DNA of 64,000 bases from Amphiscolops sp. MND2022. Its lineage: Eukaryota. Within the stretch, counting starts at the first letter, position 1. Each line of letters opens with the position of its first letter. The notes under the pieces were generated by a model. The model saw nothing but the letters and a program-made list of their open reading frames with translations. It was not told where the DNA came from and ran no database searches. This document shows, one piece after another, positions 49,304-63,710 of this stretch. A program made the position numbers and the translations under genes. Where the stretch lies: positions 98,148,001 through 98,212,000 of the forward strand of contig OZ076409.1 of NCBI GenBank assembly GCA_964187785.1. Reading direction: 5' to 3'.

Positions 49304-52300
49304 GATACATTTTCATCGATCCACGAGACGTTCCAGAGTTTACCCAGATGGGCGTGGGTGGCAATTGCTACTGCCAGTTGTTCCGTTTCTCTGTACGTTT
49401 ATTACGATCGGACTTACGGGGTATGGAGACGCCAGAATGTACCCGGACCCAAACCGGTCCTTTTTCTCGGCACCACCAACTTGCTGGTGAAGTGCAAAAA
49501 CGCGCACCAGTTTAACATTGATCTCGCAAAAGAGTTTGGACACAAGGGATACTTCGGGTTAGTTTCCAGCAGACACAATTCTTTTATCGAAAAATTTTTT
49601 ATTATGCTTGGGTTGTAGGGTTTGACGTATCCCATCTTGATGTTGATTGGTTTCCACTGTGATGTGTTTTTTTTACAAATTCTGCCACAACTATACTTTA
49701 TCTCCATTACATGGAGTGATATACTAGCGATATTTACAACTGAGTTACTTCAATTATGGTGGTTCAGGTTGTAGGTCCTGGGTTCAAACCCGGGCTGGTG
49801 CTTGATTTTTTTTGTTTCCCAGCCAGTAGGTCGTGCCACTCCAGTAGGTTCGAACCTCTCTTTCGCCATACTTTTTCTGCAATAAGCCTGTCGCGGAAAA
49901 TATCCCGGTGCTTAGCGGGCGCCTTGTTGTTTAATGTCTTGGTGTTTATTGTGCTAAAGCTGATTACTGTTTCTTGAAATTGTGTCGTTATTACCCTGGT
50001 CGAAACTGCCGTTACTTTTTACATGTTGCAAGCATGCACGTATTTTTTTTCAAACACATAGAAAATTCAGACTCCGTGCGGGGAAAAAACATATAAAATT
50101 ATACTACTGCAGCATGGAAAATCCTTGCAGCATTTCACTGAAAAAAGTTGAAAAAAGTCGCTGCAACTTACAAAATTTTTGAAAAAAGTCCCTGCATTAT
50201 TTTCTTTCGCGAACGTCAGGCATCCGTTGTAGTGTCTACTAAAGGTGAAGGCTTTTTATTTCAGCACTAATTTCATTAGCGGTATGAAAACTTTCAGTAA
50301 AATTTTTTAGCAAATGTTTTTTTGAATCGCCAATGATTATCACCCATCAGTTTATTTTTTATCTGATTGAAATAAACCTCTTTAGGTGCTACAACTCGTC
50401 ACAGCCAAGTCTAGTGATAACAGACCCAGAACTGGTCAAAGAAGTGATGGTCAAACAGTTTGAGAACTTTCCCAACCGCATCGAGTCTTTTGCGTGCCAC
50501 GTCAAATACATCCGCAAAATAGTGAGCGAGCTACCAGTTGAGGAATGGCGACCAGCTAGAGCAGCCCTCTCTCCCACTTTCACAGGGGCCAAACTGAAGA
50601 AAATGGTGTCCCTGATGAACAATGTGGTCGATAACTTCTCCAAAAAACTAGCAAGTCTGACAGATAACCCTGAGAACGAAATTGATTTCATGCCCCTTTT
50701 CAAAGCATACACTATGGATATCATTTGCAATGTGGTTTTCGGACTCAAAGTTGATACGCAAGTGAGTCGAGACGTTTTTAAACTGCTAGGGTTTTTGTGT
50801 ATTTTTTTCATAGCTCAATTTGAGTTTCCAAATACCTGCGAACATGAGGTTCGTTTTGGATGACGAGATAGTTTAATTGATTACGCGGGTTGGCCTAACA
50901 CAAAGTTCATACTATATTTATATGTATGGAAAATGGTGCAATAAATTTTAGAAAAGAACAATTTCCAGTCTCGCTATGACTGTCAAGTTTCCACGTAAGG
51001 TCATTGTATGAAATTCATGTTTTTTTTAAATGTGATCATTGTTTAACTTTCATGATTTCGATGAAATTTATAATCGAACCGAGTTATAATAGATTTCTAT
51101 TATAGTTATAATAGAGTTATACAATAAAGTTTATAACAGAACTTCTAAAGCAATTTTTGAATATTAGGCGCTGAATAAGATGAAGGGGCGGCTCTGATTC
51201 ACAAGTACTTGAACTGATTTCAAACATCACCATATAATTCTTCTTGTGATTTACATGGCTCTGTTTGTATGGAGGTCAACCCGGGTAGTTTTTATGTAAT
51301 TGAAACATCCGATCTACCAATATCCAGTTCCTAGATCCGGGTAATTATTTGAAGATGGTTTTTCAAGATTTTTTCTGCTTAACCCTTGAAATCCAAATAA
51401 ATGCAGATCGTTTCAGTTTCATATTATAAAACTCTCTGAACCAATGGCGTCGTTGCTAACCAATCTGGAAGTTTTACAAACTAATTCGAAATCATTCAAA
51501 GATTGTGAACAAAAGAGTCATGTTACATTCAAAAAAGCACATGCTGAGGTTCTCAAACATTATTGATTCCAACCTGAACTTTTTCAAACTCCAGTCTAGT
51601 AATTTTAGGAAATGTTCTCACTACTTTTAGGAAGAGCGGTTTGTAAGAAATGTGCCCGACTATTACAATGACTAGCTTTTTTTGTCCGACCACAGAACAT
51701 GTGCGTAGCGTCCACTCTTTAAATAGAGTTGTTCACACGACAGAGCTTGTTGACATAAGTAGGGCTTCTCAAGCATACAGCTCTCGGGTAAATACTTGTT
51801 GAGGACTAATAATCTTTGTCTGTAAACCTTATTGTGACAAAAATCACCTGTTTTTTTCGACACTTTGCAACCTTGTTTCAGTGTTTTACTTTCCAAAGAC
51901 ACTTTCTTCAAGCATAGAGGATCCAACAGTGTGGCGTTTCGACACTGTCAAATTTTTTTCAAAATTGTTTTTCATCAATCGGGGTAAATTTGACCACTCT
52001 GAAAAATATGAAAAATTCTTGAAAGCCACCCTGAGCATTTATCTAGGACTCTGTGCATTTTGAGTTTATGTTTTATTCCTGCCTTCTGACTTAACATATG
52101 TTGAATCAGGGGCGGTTTTAGGGGGCATACGGGGGATGCATTAACATCCCCCTTTTTTTGAAAAAATATAGTGCCATTGCTCAAAGAGAGGACCCTTCTA
52201 GGTTTCGCTATAATTTTTGTATGTAAGAAATAGGCGCTATTCTAAGCAAAAACCGTTTTCACACAATCAGCATTACCCTTAAAATGTTCTGAAACCGCCA

Positions 52301-54289
52301 CTGTGTAGAATGGCATGGGAAAAGCGAGTCATTCAGAAACTTTCGAACTTATTTGGACCGACGTTTGTTTTGAATCTTCAGGCAAACCCAGAAAACGAAG
52401 TTTCGAAAGCCTGTTTCAAGATGATGTCAGACAACAGTGATTTGGTCAAGAACCCTTGGGCAATGTTAGCCATGATCTTCCCGGGATTGCGAAGACTGCT
52501 GACTTTCATCAAACCTACCTTGGGCTTAAATGTTGACGGTGCCACTGTGGCTCTCAAACAATTCCAAGCTGTGCAGCAAGTTCGTTTTTTTTCGGTTCTT
52601 TTTCGGATCTCTTGTTGACGTGAGTAAATTGACATTTGATCTTTTCAGTATTCACCAAATGTCGTCGAAAAGTTCTTTCGATGAACCAGAAGCAAAACTG
52701 AGAACAATTTATTAACATGTTGGGTTGGCCAGGAAAAAAAGGTTATAAAAACTATAAACTACATGTAGATGACCTTTCATGAGAACTGCAAGTCAAATTA
52801 GGAAAACGTTTAGGCCAACTAATTGAAGTAATGGGTTCTAGGACAATACGCCCAAAGACAATAAGCCCAAGGACATTACGCCCATTAATTTAAAAGATTG
52901 TTGTATGTATAATTATTGGGCGTAATGTCCCGACACCGAAATAATGACCTTTTCTTGTTTGTTGGTGACCTTTTTTTAATAACATTACACTCTTCACTAA
53001 AAACCCTGTATGTGTTTTTGTGGACATTAATCAAATGATTCGTTTTAGCGAATGCTTGAAGGTAAAAACGACGAAGAGCAGACGTTCTTTTTGAGGACTC
53101 TGATCGAAATGGTTGAACTACATCAAAAGTCGAACGGGTCCCAAGGTTTTGATTTCGAGTCGGCTGTGGCGCATGCCTTCATATTTCTAGTGGCAGGTTT
53201 TGACACAACCGCAAATCTGCTCATGTGGGCCACCTACTATCTCGCCATGTACCCCGATTTGCAGGAAGAAATTGTACAGGAAATTGAAGAAATCCAGGGA
53301 CCTGGGAATAAGGAAGTGAAATACGAGGATTTGAAGAAATTCAAGAAACTAGGTTAAGTACTCAAAATTCGAACCTCCAAAGAGTATACCAGAAATGCAT
53401 GAACCATATCATTATTCTGCGAAAACAATTTTTTCTTTTAAGTTTCTAACGGTGACCAAAATCAAATCTTCAATGTTAAGTAGTAAACGACCGTAAATTG
53501 AGGAGTAAACTTCAATGTCGGAAAACTTAAGATGTATGAAAAAAAGTTTATGTTGAAATTTTTAGAAAACGTTTTATTGGAAACTTTGAGGTTACGGCCA
53601 GTGTACCGAACAAACCGTTTGGCTATCAACGACACCACAATTGGACCTGGCATCAAAATAAAAGCAGGTTAACTCAACATCATTCTACTTTGGTACCTTT
53701 CTAACTAAACAGAAACCAGTTTTTTGATGTTTTTCAAACAATTTTTAAGAAACAAAAACGAAAAGATTGAATATTCGATTTTTGAACAAAATCAAAACAT
53801 TGAAATTGCTCGCTTAAACCTGTGAAAACAATTTCAGTTCAGAAACGAAATTCTCTGTTTTGATATTTTGATTGTAGACGGAGCTATACGCATACTTGTG
53901 TTCTTGAGAACAATTCGCTCACAAAACTTAACTGTCAATATAATGACAAGTTCGTTTCAGGTTACTCCATAGAAGTTGCTGTAAATGTGATTCACATGGA
54001 TCCCAAAATCTGGGATAAACCCGAGGAGTTCCGACCCCAGAGATTCGACCCAGGAGAAACCAGCAAAAGGTCTCCCTATGCTTTCAACGCTTTTGGAGCG
54101 GGCAACCGCAATTGCATGGGAATGCGACTAGCACTCATCGAAGCGAAAATGGCGATAACTGGTTTGCTCACAGAGTACAAACTCAATATGGGGAAAGAGA
54201 CACCGACTGAAATAACGGAATTTGTGAAGAACCAGTTTTTCCAACCTATGCATCCGATAAACTTGCGAGTCACGAAGCGATATGCATAA
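49304..54289 (+). CDS. Cytochrome P450 gene 3 (CYP3-clan-like); start codon not located
   Basis: Exons ~49304-49557, 50386-50761, 52382-52579, 53049-53352, 53566-53667, 53961-54289 splice in frame; VPGPKP, WRPAR, AGFDTT, ETLR, PQRF, FGAGNRNCMG. Confidence 0.88.
52107..52303. mobile_element. hAT-like MITE
   Basis: TIRs CAGGGGCGGTTT / AAACCGCCACTG; 8-bp TSD TGTTGAAT/TGTAGAAT. Confidence 0.7.
52834..52937. mobile_element. Tiny MITE with 9-bp TSD (Mutator-like)
   Basis: GGACATTACGCCCA subterminal repeats with an inverted copy; flanks GAAGTAATG/GAAATAATG. Confidence 0.55.
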
Positions 54290-54385
54290 TCCTAAATTCA
54301 CTGGTTGCGAAAAGTTACCAGTTTTACGGATCTATTTAATTTGGAGTTAACAATAGTTTTGACTCAAAACTGAATTGAAGTTCGT

Positions 54386-56552
54386 TGTGGCAGGCTGCCT
54401 GTGACGGAACAAGATACTCCGCAACGGCAGATTGACAAGATATTCTTCCGGGGACTCTCCTGATTTACTAAAACTGAACTTTTAGTCTGTTGGTATAAAC
54501 TAGTTTATTTTGATTCAGTACAAGCTGATATAGTACGTAATACTGTTGCATTTAGATTTTAGGATTAGTCTGTTAACGATTTGCCGAAATATTGATGATT
54601 GTTATAATAGTTGTGAAGAATTTTGTAATTACAAAGCAAGTGTAACACACTGTATGAAAGTACGGAAAAGTTCAAATGCGCTACTGTACTTTTACGACAA
54701 CAATGCTTATTTGTATATTCTCAGCCAATCACGACTCATCATTTTATGTGCTAACGTGAAATACCATTATTTGCCTGTTAAGGCCATTTGACAAACACTC
54801 TCGGTGCTAAAATGAAAAATAGGTAAATGGCCAGTTCCGGCTAAGTAAAGTGTTATTCATTCAAGATGCTCTTAGTATGGTTATAATGTTACCTGTGTAT
54901 GTGCTTGAAGCGTAGCCGCTCTATTTATGTATTGAGGAAGACTACTGTTGATGTTTGAAGTGCTTGCTTTTAGTTTAGAGCTATGTTTGCGAAGGCCAGT
55001 CTCCATTCCAACTCTGGCTGGTGATCCAAGAACAATGATTTGTCTCGACGGCCCTATCCGGCCTAATTAATAATAATCCAATAGCTTGCAATTTTGAAGC
55101 CTGGTGTATTCTGGTGACCCATTAGGGCAGGTGCATAGGCACGTGTCTAAGCGTGATGCTTACATGTTTAAAATATTTCAGTTGCAATTGACGCTTCGAA
55201 GTTTTAATAATGGTTACAGTCCGTTGACGTTTTCTTTGGAAATGTGTTTGTAATGCTAGTATTTCAATTTTGTTGATACTCAAGAATGTGAGTGTCTTTC
55301 CAACGAGAGCATAAATACTAACAACACTCTCTCTGGAAGACACAATATTACGAACCATTGTATTGTTCACACTGTTACAAAACTCGCCTTTCGGAATAAA
55401 ATTCAAATATTTCAAATCGGCTATTGTTGATGCCTGTCACTAGAAAACAGAAGAGTAAAGCAGATATGATCTCTGACTTAAGAAACATGGAAGCAATGAT
55501 AGGAAGAATTTTAGGAAACTAGGTTAAGTACTCAAATGCGAATTTCCAGAGTTTATCAGAAATGTATGAACCATATCGTTATTCTGCGAAAACAATTTTT
55601 TCTTCTAAGTTTCTAACGGTGACCAATATCAAATCTTCAATGACAAGTAGTATACGACCGTAAATTGAGGAGTAAACTTCAATGTCGGAAAACTTTAGAT
55701 GTATCAAAAACGTCTGTCGAACTTTTCAGAAAACGTTTTATTGGAAACTTTGAGGATACGGCCAGTGTACCGAACAAACCGTTTGGCTATCAACGACACC
55801 ACAATTGGACCTGGCATCAAAATAAAAGCAGGTTAACTCAACATCATTCTACTACTTTGCTACCTTTCTAACTCGACAATCCTTGACAGAAACCAATTTT
55901 TTGGTGTTTTTAAAACAATTTTTTTTACAGAAGAAAAAATGAAAACATTGAATATTCGATTTTTGAACAAAATCAAAACATTGAAATTGCTCGCTTAAAC
56001 CTGTGAAAACAATTTCAGTTCAGAAAAAATTCTCTGTTTTAAATGCTTTGATTGCATACTTGTGTTCTTGAGGACAATGATCTCTGACTTAAGAAACATG
56101 CAAGCAAAGATAGGAAGTGGGCCTTATGAAAGAGAGGACAGTGAGTTTGCAAACTCAGTTGAGAGGCCTCAAAGCCCCAGTTATAATGCTTTAATTCACA
56201 ACAATTCTAACTCACATTCAAGCTCAAGGGAAAATGAAATTAGAGTTTTTGCAAGAAAAAGATTCCGGTTGAGAGAGAGAGAGAGAGACAGGAAATGAAT
56301 GGGTTGATGAACAGTGTTAGTTTGCAGACACAGAGGGCCATAAATGAGGCTATCTAAGAGCAAGTTCTGCCTCAACTTCAACCTCACTTAGGGTCCTAAA
56401 TGTACAACAGTCCCACAGTGGATGGAACTTTCCGAGTGAGAGAGCGGTACGTAAAGCTGAAGACACTTTTAGCAGGAAAGTCAGAAATAGTTCTAGAGAT
56501 GAGCTCCTCAGAAACTTGAATCTTGAGAAAGTAGATGAGGATACTCATTACA
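54386..56552 (+). mobile_element. Solo LTR of the MPSTR family carrying a captured P450 fragment
   Basis: TGT...ACA ends, perfect 5-bp TSD TTCGT at 54381-54385 and 56553-56557; ORF start MPVTRKQK at 55430. Confidence 0.85.
55515..56072 (+). pseudogene. Duplicated genomic fragment of P450 gene 3 (intron + ETLR exon at 55730-55831 + intron)
   Basis: Near-identical to 53345-53908, with both splice sites retained. Confidence 0.92.
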
Positions 56553-59500
56553 TTCGTAGAATTTGTTTTTGCAATTCGTAGCGAAAAGTTTGTACTGATT
56601 ACTTAAGCACTCGAAGATATAAAGAAACATTTCCGAAGTTTCAGTTCTTTATAACTGCCTCTTGGGTCTTTGAAGATTTTTCTTTTCCGGGGGGGGGGGC
56701 TGCATCACTTGCAGTGCCCACATGTTTTTTGGCAGTTCATGTCAATTGCCATGTGCCTACCACACTGGTGTTGCCTTTGAAAACAAGTACCATCTGGGTA
56801 GGTGTTACGACATGCTAAAACAACAAACAATTCATATCATATCTTCACTTCGAAACCCAATAAATTACCAACATTTATGAGAACATTTTGATTTTTTTGG
56901 AATTATTGGATAATTTTTTTAGATATTAAGTAAGTAACATATAGTTATCATCGTTCCAGCTTTTAAAGTAGAAAAGTTTGTGTTTTACAATTCAAAAATG
57001 GTTTTGTTCAAAACTCTTTAATTTCTCTCGAAAAAGAGAAAGTTGAAGTTGTTATCTAGTAAATCAACAAAAACCGGGTCTCTAAATAGCAAAATGTGAC
57101 GCACAAGAATTACATGCTACTCTTGTAACATGGCAAGTGACAGGAGTGGTCAAACACTTAAGTGTTTTTTGTTATTTTCCGCCCATATTCCGCCCATGGA
57201 AAAGGAAAATATTTAAATCACACGTTTTTTTAAAAACAAAAATCCCATGTTCCAAGTTAATATCCAAAGTTAAAAGGTTTCACCCAGAGAATTCAACTGA
57301 TGTTAATTTAGTTTCATGCGATATGTATTTGTAGAGGTTTTTTGGATTTTTTTTCGGTTGACCCCAAAGACTCCAGAATGACACAAAAATGACAAAAACA
57401 GCAAAATTTTCCAAATTTTCGATTTTTATGCGTTTTTATGCATTTTTTGTCAAATTTTCGATTTTCGACTTGATGACTTAAATTGTTAGAAACGTTCAAC
57501 AAGGAAAATATCGTTGTACCGGAGACATTTTTGAAAAAATGAATGACGTCTTTCAATCGAAAAAGTCTCCGATTTCCAGGTTTTTATGCAATTTTTTGTC
57601 ATATTTTTGATGATAGACTTCGGCACTTAAAATGTTGAAAACGTTTCATGTGGAGAAAATTTATCTGTTATGTTTAATAAAATAATATAGTCGTGGTGAA
57701 AACACGGCTCCCTTTGAACCTCCGGTGAGGTCAGTTTTTGCCAAAAAAAATTTTGAGACATTTACCAAGGCGCTCTCATTTTTGCAGCTTTCAACCGTTT
57801 CGGAAACCACTGCATGTGAAAGTGATATATTTTTTAAAAAAATAGCAGAACCTTGAAACAACTTTTTGATTATGAACGAACTAATGGTTTTATTCTTGCT
57901 ATGGTTAATGGTACAACATCATAAAGTTATAGTTTGGCGTCTATCTCAAGAGATAAGTTTACAGCAAAACGAAAAAATTGAAAATACTTGGCTTTTACTT
58001 CAAATCGGATTCTCGTTCACTTGATTTTCCGGTTTCAATATTTTGCTTGAGCTTCAAGATACGTTTCTGAATGGGAAAAAGTGTTCATTTCGAAGATTTT
58101 GGGTTTTTTGGCGTTTTATCTGAATCGTTTCTTTGTGGGCATGAATTCGCCAGAGTTGATCGTAAATCAACCGCAGCAGCAAAGCTTTTGACTCCTTCGA
58201 ACAACATTCATTTTTTTCGGTTTTCGTAAGAAAATCAAACCTATGATGGTAATATTTTATCAAAAACTACTGCTGCTCCAAAAAACGTTTGAAAGTACCG
58301 CTAGACATTGCATTGCTACTTATGGTCCCCGTGCATTTTCTCCAAACATTTTACAGTGGCCTGTTTAGCAAAAAAATATGTGCAATCCAAGAAGGAGCTT
58401 GTCTTATGGCACCTTACGCAGTCCTACAATAATGACCGTTTTTAGACTTGACTTGGAGACATTCGTCTTGGCTTTCATTGTCTACCTGTAGAAAAACTAG
58501 ACTTTGCTGGTGAAGAGATTTACCAAGTATCTAACTCTAACAGAAAACTTTTTTGTATGGTGGACAAGGTTTTCCTAAAGTGACTTGCTCCGCTAATTTT
58601 CCCTCCAATATGCCCTTCGGCTTCACCCGATTATTAGGAAAAGAGATTGAATAATACAATAACGACTAATAGCGATAGGAAATAAACTTCTTTATAACTA
58701 TCACACAATATAACTAAACTGCCTAAGATGGGTAACCAGGATTCAGCAACTCACAAATCTAGAAGTTCAATTCTTGCCATATCCCAGTTTGAGACACTAA
58801 TTCGGTTCTATCACAAGAAGTCCCGAACTGGATCCCTTCTATCTCTCAAATTTAGCTCGCGGAGATACAGACAACAAAATCGTCTAGAGAAGTACCTTGT
58901 CACCGCGAGACTCAACTTGCTCTCTGACTGGTTGTTCAGTTGTCTCCATGAAGACATTTTTTATTCAGCCTCATTGTGTTTCTCTATTGCACATTTTTTC
59001 GGGTGTTCTCATCATTACAATGTATCATACTTGGAATTTGCTTTCATGTTTAGTATTCTTTTTATGGAATGGCTAACGCCACTAGTTATACTTCAACTAA
59101 ACATTCCCAGACGCCAATGGCAAACAATTCAATAACTTGTCCGAAGTTCCAATCCATAGTAAATCAAGTTGCCCAAGACATTTTAGTGTCAAGAGAATTG
59201 CTTAATCACCTTCAATTACATGGGTAACTCTTTTTTTGCGGGTAAGTGGGGCCTTTCCATCATTCTAACTGCGGTTCGCTGCGAACTTCTCACATAACTG
59301 AAATGCACAAGTTATCACACGAAATTGCGGATTTACATGTTTCAAGATACATCTTCCTGTCCAATCAGGTGTCGCTTCTGAATCTACCTTGTCCAGCTGT
59401 GACCTTGAAGTTATTTGTAGTCACCTAATGTGGCTGCATACCAAGTTATATGGGTCTAGGGTTGTTGGTCTAAGAGTTACATGAAATGCGTGTGGTTTGT

Positions 59501-60426
59501 TCACTAAACGTGGTTACCCCCGCATGGGTCACAAATACGGTTTCATTGACATTAGTAGTCCACCACCTTCGTTATTGCGGTTTGTTTGTGGTATAACAAG
59601 CCAAGGGAAAACATCCTTCTTCCATCGGTTCCGCGTGTCCAGTCCCGCGTGCCGTAAGCAATCAATACTCCGCTCACCATGGGCTGAATTATATAATTTT
59701 CTCGTATTACACCTAGGGTTGGTATATGAACATTTTTGGTAAGTTTCATGATCCTCGGGTCGACTGGTGACGATTTACATAACATTCGGGGTTTAGATTT
59801 ATAGGGTCCGTGCTACCTCCTACTCCCGTCGTAGGATTACGAAATTACATTATTTCCATGGACTATCAATTCCATATTTTATCTGACTTATTCCCAGCTT
59901 CGCCGACGTGCTCGTGAGCGGTCAACCTAGTTCACTTCCAGTGTTAGTAGCCCGGCTTGGGCCTTGGCTTGGTTCATTTTTACAAGCGAGAAGCATAGCC
60001 ACTCAGGTATACGTGTGCTAAATTTCAAGTCTCTACGATTCATACTCATTGAGAATTTCGACTGAATTCAAATGTGCAAAAGGGGGAGTGTTTTGCCAGT
60101 TTTTCCCCCTCAGTTTTCGAACATCGAGTGTTAAAATATTTTCGCTCGGAAGAGAAACTAAATTGCAAACTTCACTCTAGGTGATCAACTATGACTTAAT
60201 CGATTCGAACAATCACATCACCGACAACAATTCTATAAAGGTGGTGAAAAGTATCATCTACTGCGTAAACACCAAGTTTAACAAAGAGGCCTTACCAAAA
60301 CACGCTATAACCAGTCTCCTCATCTGCTTTCATTACTCTGACGGTCTAGAAACGTATTGAACATAGTTTGAATTATCTCACTTTCGTTTCAAACTGTTTC
60401 AATTGCTAATCTCAAAATCTTTCAGG

Positions 60427-60990
60427 TTTTAGTCGGCGCATTTTATCATAATGAACACGACTATTACAGTGGCAAGTTTTTTTTTCGTCAGACCACATAA
60501 TGTATGCGTAGTGGACACTTTTTACAGAACTACTAAAAGTACTGAACCGGCAAGCGGAATCACATCTGAGTTACTGCAAAGTTTGTGTACTCAATTTTTA
60601 ACGTAAGATACAAAACCGGACGGGACTACAGGGTGCCCCTTTGAATTTTTTTCGGCACTGTGCGACTTTTTTTCGAATTTTCTTTTGTCGCCAAAGGGTT
60701 TCCCCTTCAAGTTTTTTGATAATTTGCAGCAAACTGAAGTTTCAAAAAGCCCAAAGGGTCCCCCTTTCTAGTTTTCGGCACTGTGAGACTGTTTCATAAT
60801 TGTAATTTTTCGTTTTTTCGAAAGATTTTTCAAAAAAACTTCCGAATTTTTTAAATGTCTCCTTCAATTTTTTTTTGATATTTTGCAACAGACTGGATTT
60901 TCAAAACTTGCCCCCCTTTTACAAGTTTAAAAACTTAGCGCTTTTTTGAGCCTTAGATATAGCGCCGACTTTAGACGTTCCCGTCTTGTT
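60427..60990 (+). mobile_element. HINE-like element
   Basis: TTTTAGTCGGCGC ... GCGCCGACTTTAGACGTTCCCGTCTTGTT. Confidence 0.7.
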
Positions 60991-61948
60991 TTCCTTTAAT
61001 TTGTAATTTGGACACTCGAGGAAATCAGCACATATTGTATTAGGTTGAACCGCAACAAAAAACAACTCAAAGAAACGATAAGTTTTCCAATAGCAATTTA
61101 TTATCCTAACTAACCTTTCCATATAATCGAATTTTGGGAATCGTGCTTCGATTGCGATTCTGAAACAAGAACATCCGGACCTCATTGCAACGAACCATCA
61201 CTACAACGTTAACCTCCCAATACAGTTATTTGATTTCAAAACCAGTCAAAATCGAGTACACAAACAAGTATTCGAAACAACGTAATTTATTTTAACGTAT
61301 TCAATGAAATACTCCCCATGAGGTGTGGTAAACCGACGAGAAGAATGACTGAATTATCTTGCAACCCATCATCACAATTGTCTCCATGGATCAGAAACAA
61401 CGATTTTGTACCAACTCGCGCTTCTACCAACTGCAGCTATCAGACAAAATGTTTTTTTTTTAGTCGGAATTAACTTCGACTCAGTTTGACGTTCGAAGAG
61501 TTTCACTTTTACAAAATCAGTTTTCTTCGAAAAGCCATAAAGTGAAGTTAAAATGTGAACAAACCCAACGCGCATTTTTCTGCAGAAGGCACGATCATGC
61601 CACTAGAGTTCGTTTCTGAAACAAAATTTTTAAAAAAGTTATTCACACTTTGAGCCAAGTTACAAAAACATGCTACAGATATTCTTTTTTGTTCAGTTTC
61701 TGCATATAAAGGGTCCTTTTTTGTATGAAAGTCATCATCCTTGAAATCAATTACTTGGGTGTCTTTTATTTACCAAAGAACACAGTTTTTTTTAACATGA
61801 TTCGCTGTTGCTCGAAATAATAGCAGCTGTAGCAAAGATGGCAAAGATGTTTTGGGCAGTTATTTTTTGCATCAAAAAGGTTGTATCCATTACAAATGTT
61901 CCACTAAAGACGCCCGCCAAGCACCGGGATATTTTCCACCACACTAGT

Positions 61949-63118
61949 TGTCGCGATTTTGTTCGCCTATATATGAATCTACTGAACTTTCTCTAGACCT
62001 CTGTCTACCATTATCCTGCGTAAAACACGTTTCAGGACGATTTTTCCATGTTTTCTGTGAATTCCCTACTTCGGGGTTCCGTTGTAGCCCACTGGACCTT
62101 AGGTCTCCTATGGTGATATTATTCGTCCTCAAGCCAGGATGTAGCCCGTTGGACGCTTGGTCCACCGTGGTAAAATTAGCCCTCCCCTGCGTTTCTATTG
62201 TATTTTGAATAGAAGGAAGTACAGTAACGGCTATCGCAGCCGTGATTGCATTTTGAATCTGGGAATTCAGGCTGGTTTTGATTTCATTTAATTTCTTAGA
62301 CATTTGGTTCGCAATTTTCTCATTGATTAAACGAGTTGTCTCAATGGTAGCTTCGCTGTTTTCTCTACTATTTGTAAGTAGTGACCTAAAGTCTTCACAA
62401 GTTACATTGGAATTTCGCTGTGGCCTGCCAGACTCTGAGTCGAGATCCATATCATTCTCACTGAGGTCATTTTCCTCGTTGTTTCTTGAATAACTTCCTA
62501 ACATGACATCAACATTTTCTACATCAGACATAATGTCTAAGTGTCTTGAACGTCTCTCCTTAGCATTTTGCTTTCTAGTAGAAGGCATTGAAGAACGACT
62601 CAACGTAGCAACAATCAATTAACTAATTGTCTTGAATAATAGCTTCGAAGCTAAATAGCAAGTACAACAGGTACGTGAAACAAATTCAAAGACAAATCAA
62701 AAAAGCAGCAGTTCGTTCGTATGAATTGTGATTGAGTTCGCACAAGATTGGAAAAAAGGTCCACATGTTTCTCCTATATATAGTATTCACATCATGACAA
62801 GCAAAATTATGATGGTCATGTTACTAAAGATAGCATCTGGGTTATTTTAGATTTGATTTCATGACGTTAGAATTGAATCATTATCTAAGCGTCTAAATAT
62901 AGCATCAAAGCGGGACTGGGGACGGGAAGGTAATCTGGACTTCAGGTTTGGTATGAGATATAAAAGTCCTAATACCAGATTGGCTACATGTTTTACATGT
63001 CATCTAAATATTATGATGTACAATCAATCAACTAATAGTTTCATAACGGACTTAAAGTCCAAATAACTACATCACAATAAGTATAATAGCTTGTTGACCA
63101 AATACATCCATAGTGGAC
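61949..63118 (-). mobile_element. MPSTR-family LTR-like element with intact ORF (ATG 62588) running to the element end; 5' part interrupted by the repeat at 63119
   Basis: MPSTRKQNAKERRSR...SQIQNAITAAI...LPSIQN; ends in ...CGCGACA on the minus strand. Confidence 0.65.
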
Positions 63119-63710
63119 TGTAACGGCTGCTTGCCCTTATCCTGCGCTGAGGCTTGACAAACTTTACGCCGCCCTGATCCGTTGCTTAGTGCTGTGGACC
63201 GTTACTAAACAAATCCTGGTTTTCTTGTTTTAAAGGACTGTATCTTTTGGCTGGTGGGTCCGATGTGACCCGTGGAATCTCCTGCGATTCCGCTTTGCAC
63301 TGATTTGGATCCGATGTGATCCGTAACACACACTTCCCTCACTGTATCTTCACGCGCTCCGGCTCTCCAACTGTGAGAGTAGCTACTTAGTCGCTCTAAC
63401 TCTAGCGAAAAGTTGTGAAGATTGAGAAGTTGATTAATTAGTCTCGCGGTCCTAAGACCCAACTTGACTATAGCTATTCAGTGGAGAAAATCTCTATCTA
63501 ATAATGGTATACATATGGTTTACAATTCTACAGTAAATATAGAACAAATATAAGTTGAAATATGTTGTATAAATGAATGACATTTAAGTGAATTATTAAA
63601 GTTATTGGCTATGTAAACAGAGAATGTGGTGGTTTTGGCATGTTGGTCAGGTGGGCTCAGAAGCATGTTTACACTATGTAAAGATCATCAATTGCAACAG
63701 AGCTGCATTC
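63119..63710. repeat. Dispersed repeat starting TGTAACGGCTGC, copy 2
   Basis: Highly similar to 15347-15925. Confidence 0.8.

Noticed and set aside
55730..55831. Mutually exclusive alternative exon of P450 gene 3, or a fourth P450 gene
   Set aside because: It lies downstream of the gene 3 stop codon, inside a solo LTR, and no other exons accompany it
58620..60000. Decayed coding sequence, probably on the minus strand
   Set aside because: Composition looks coding-like, but the frames I read are broken and I could not recognise any motif; a tBLASTx or HMM search is needed
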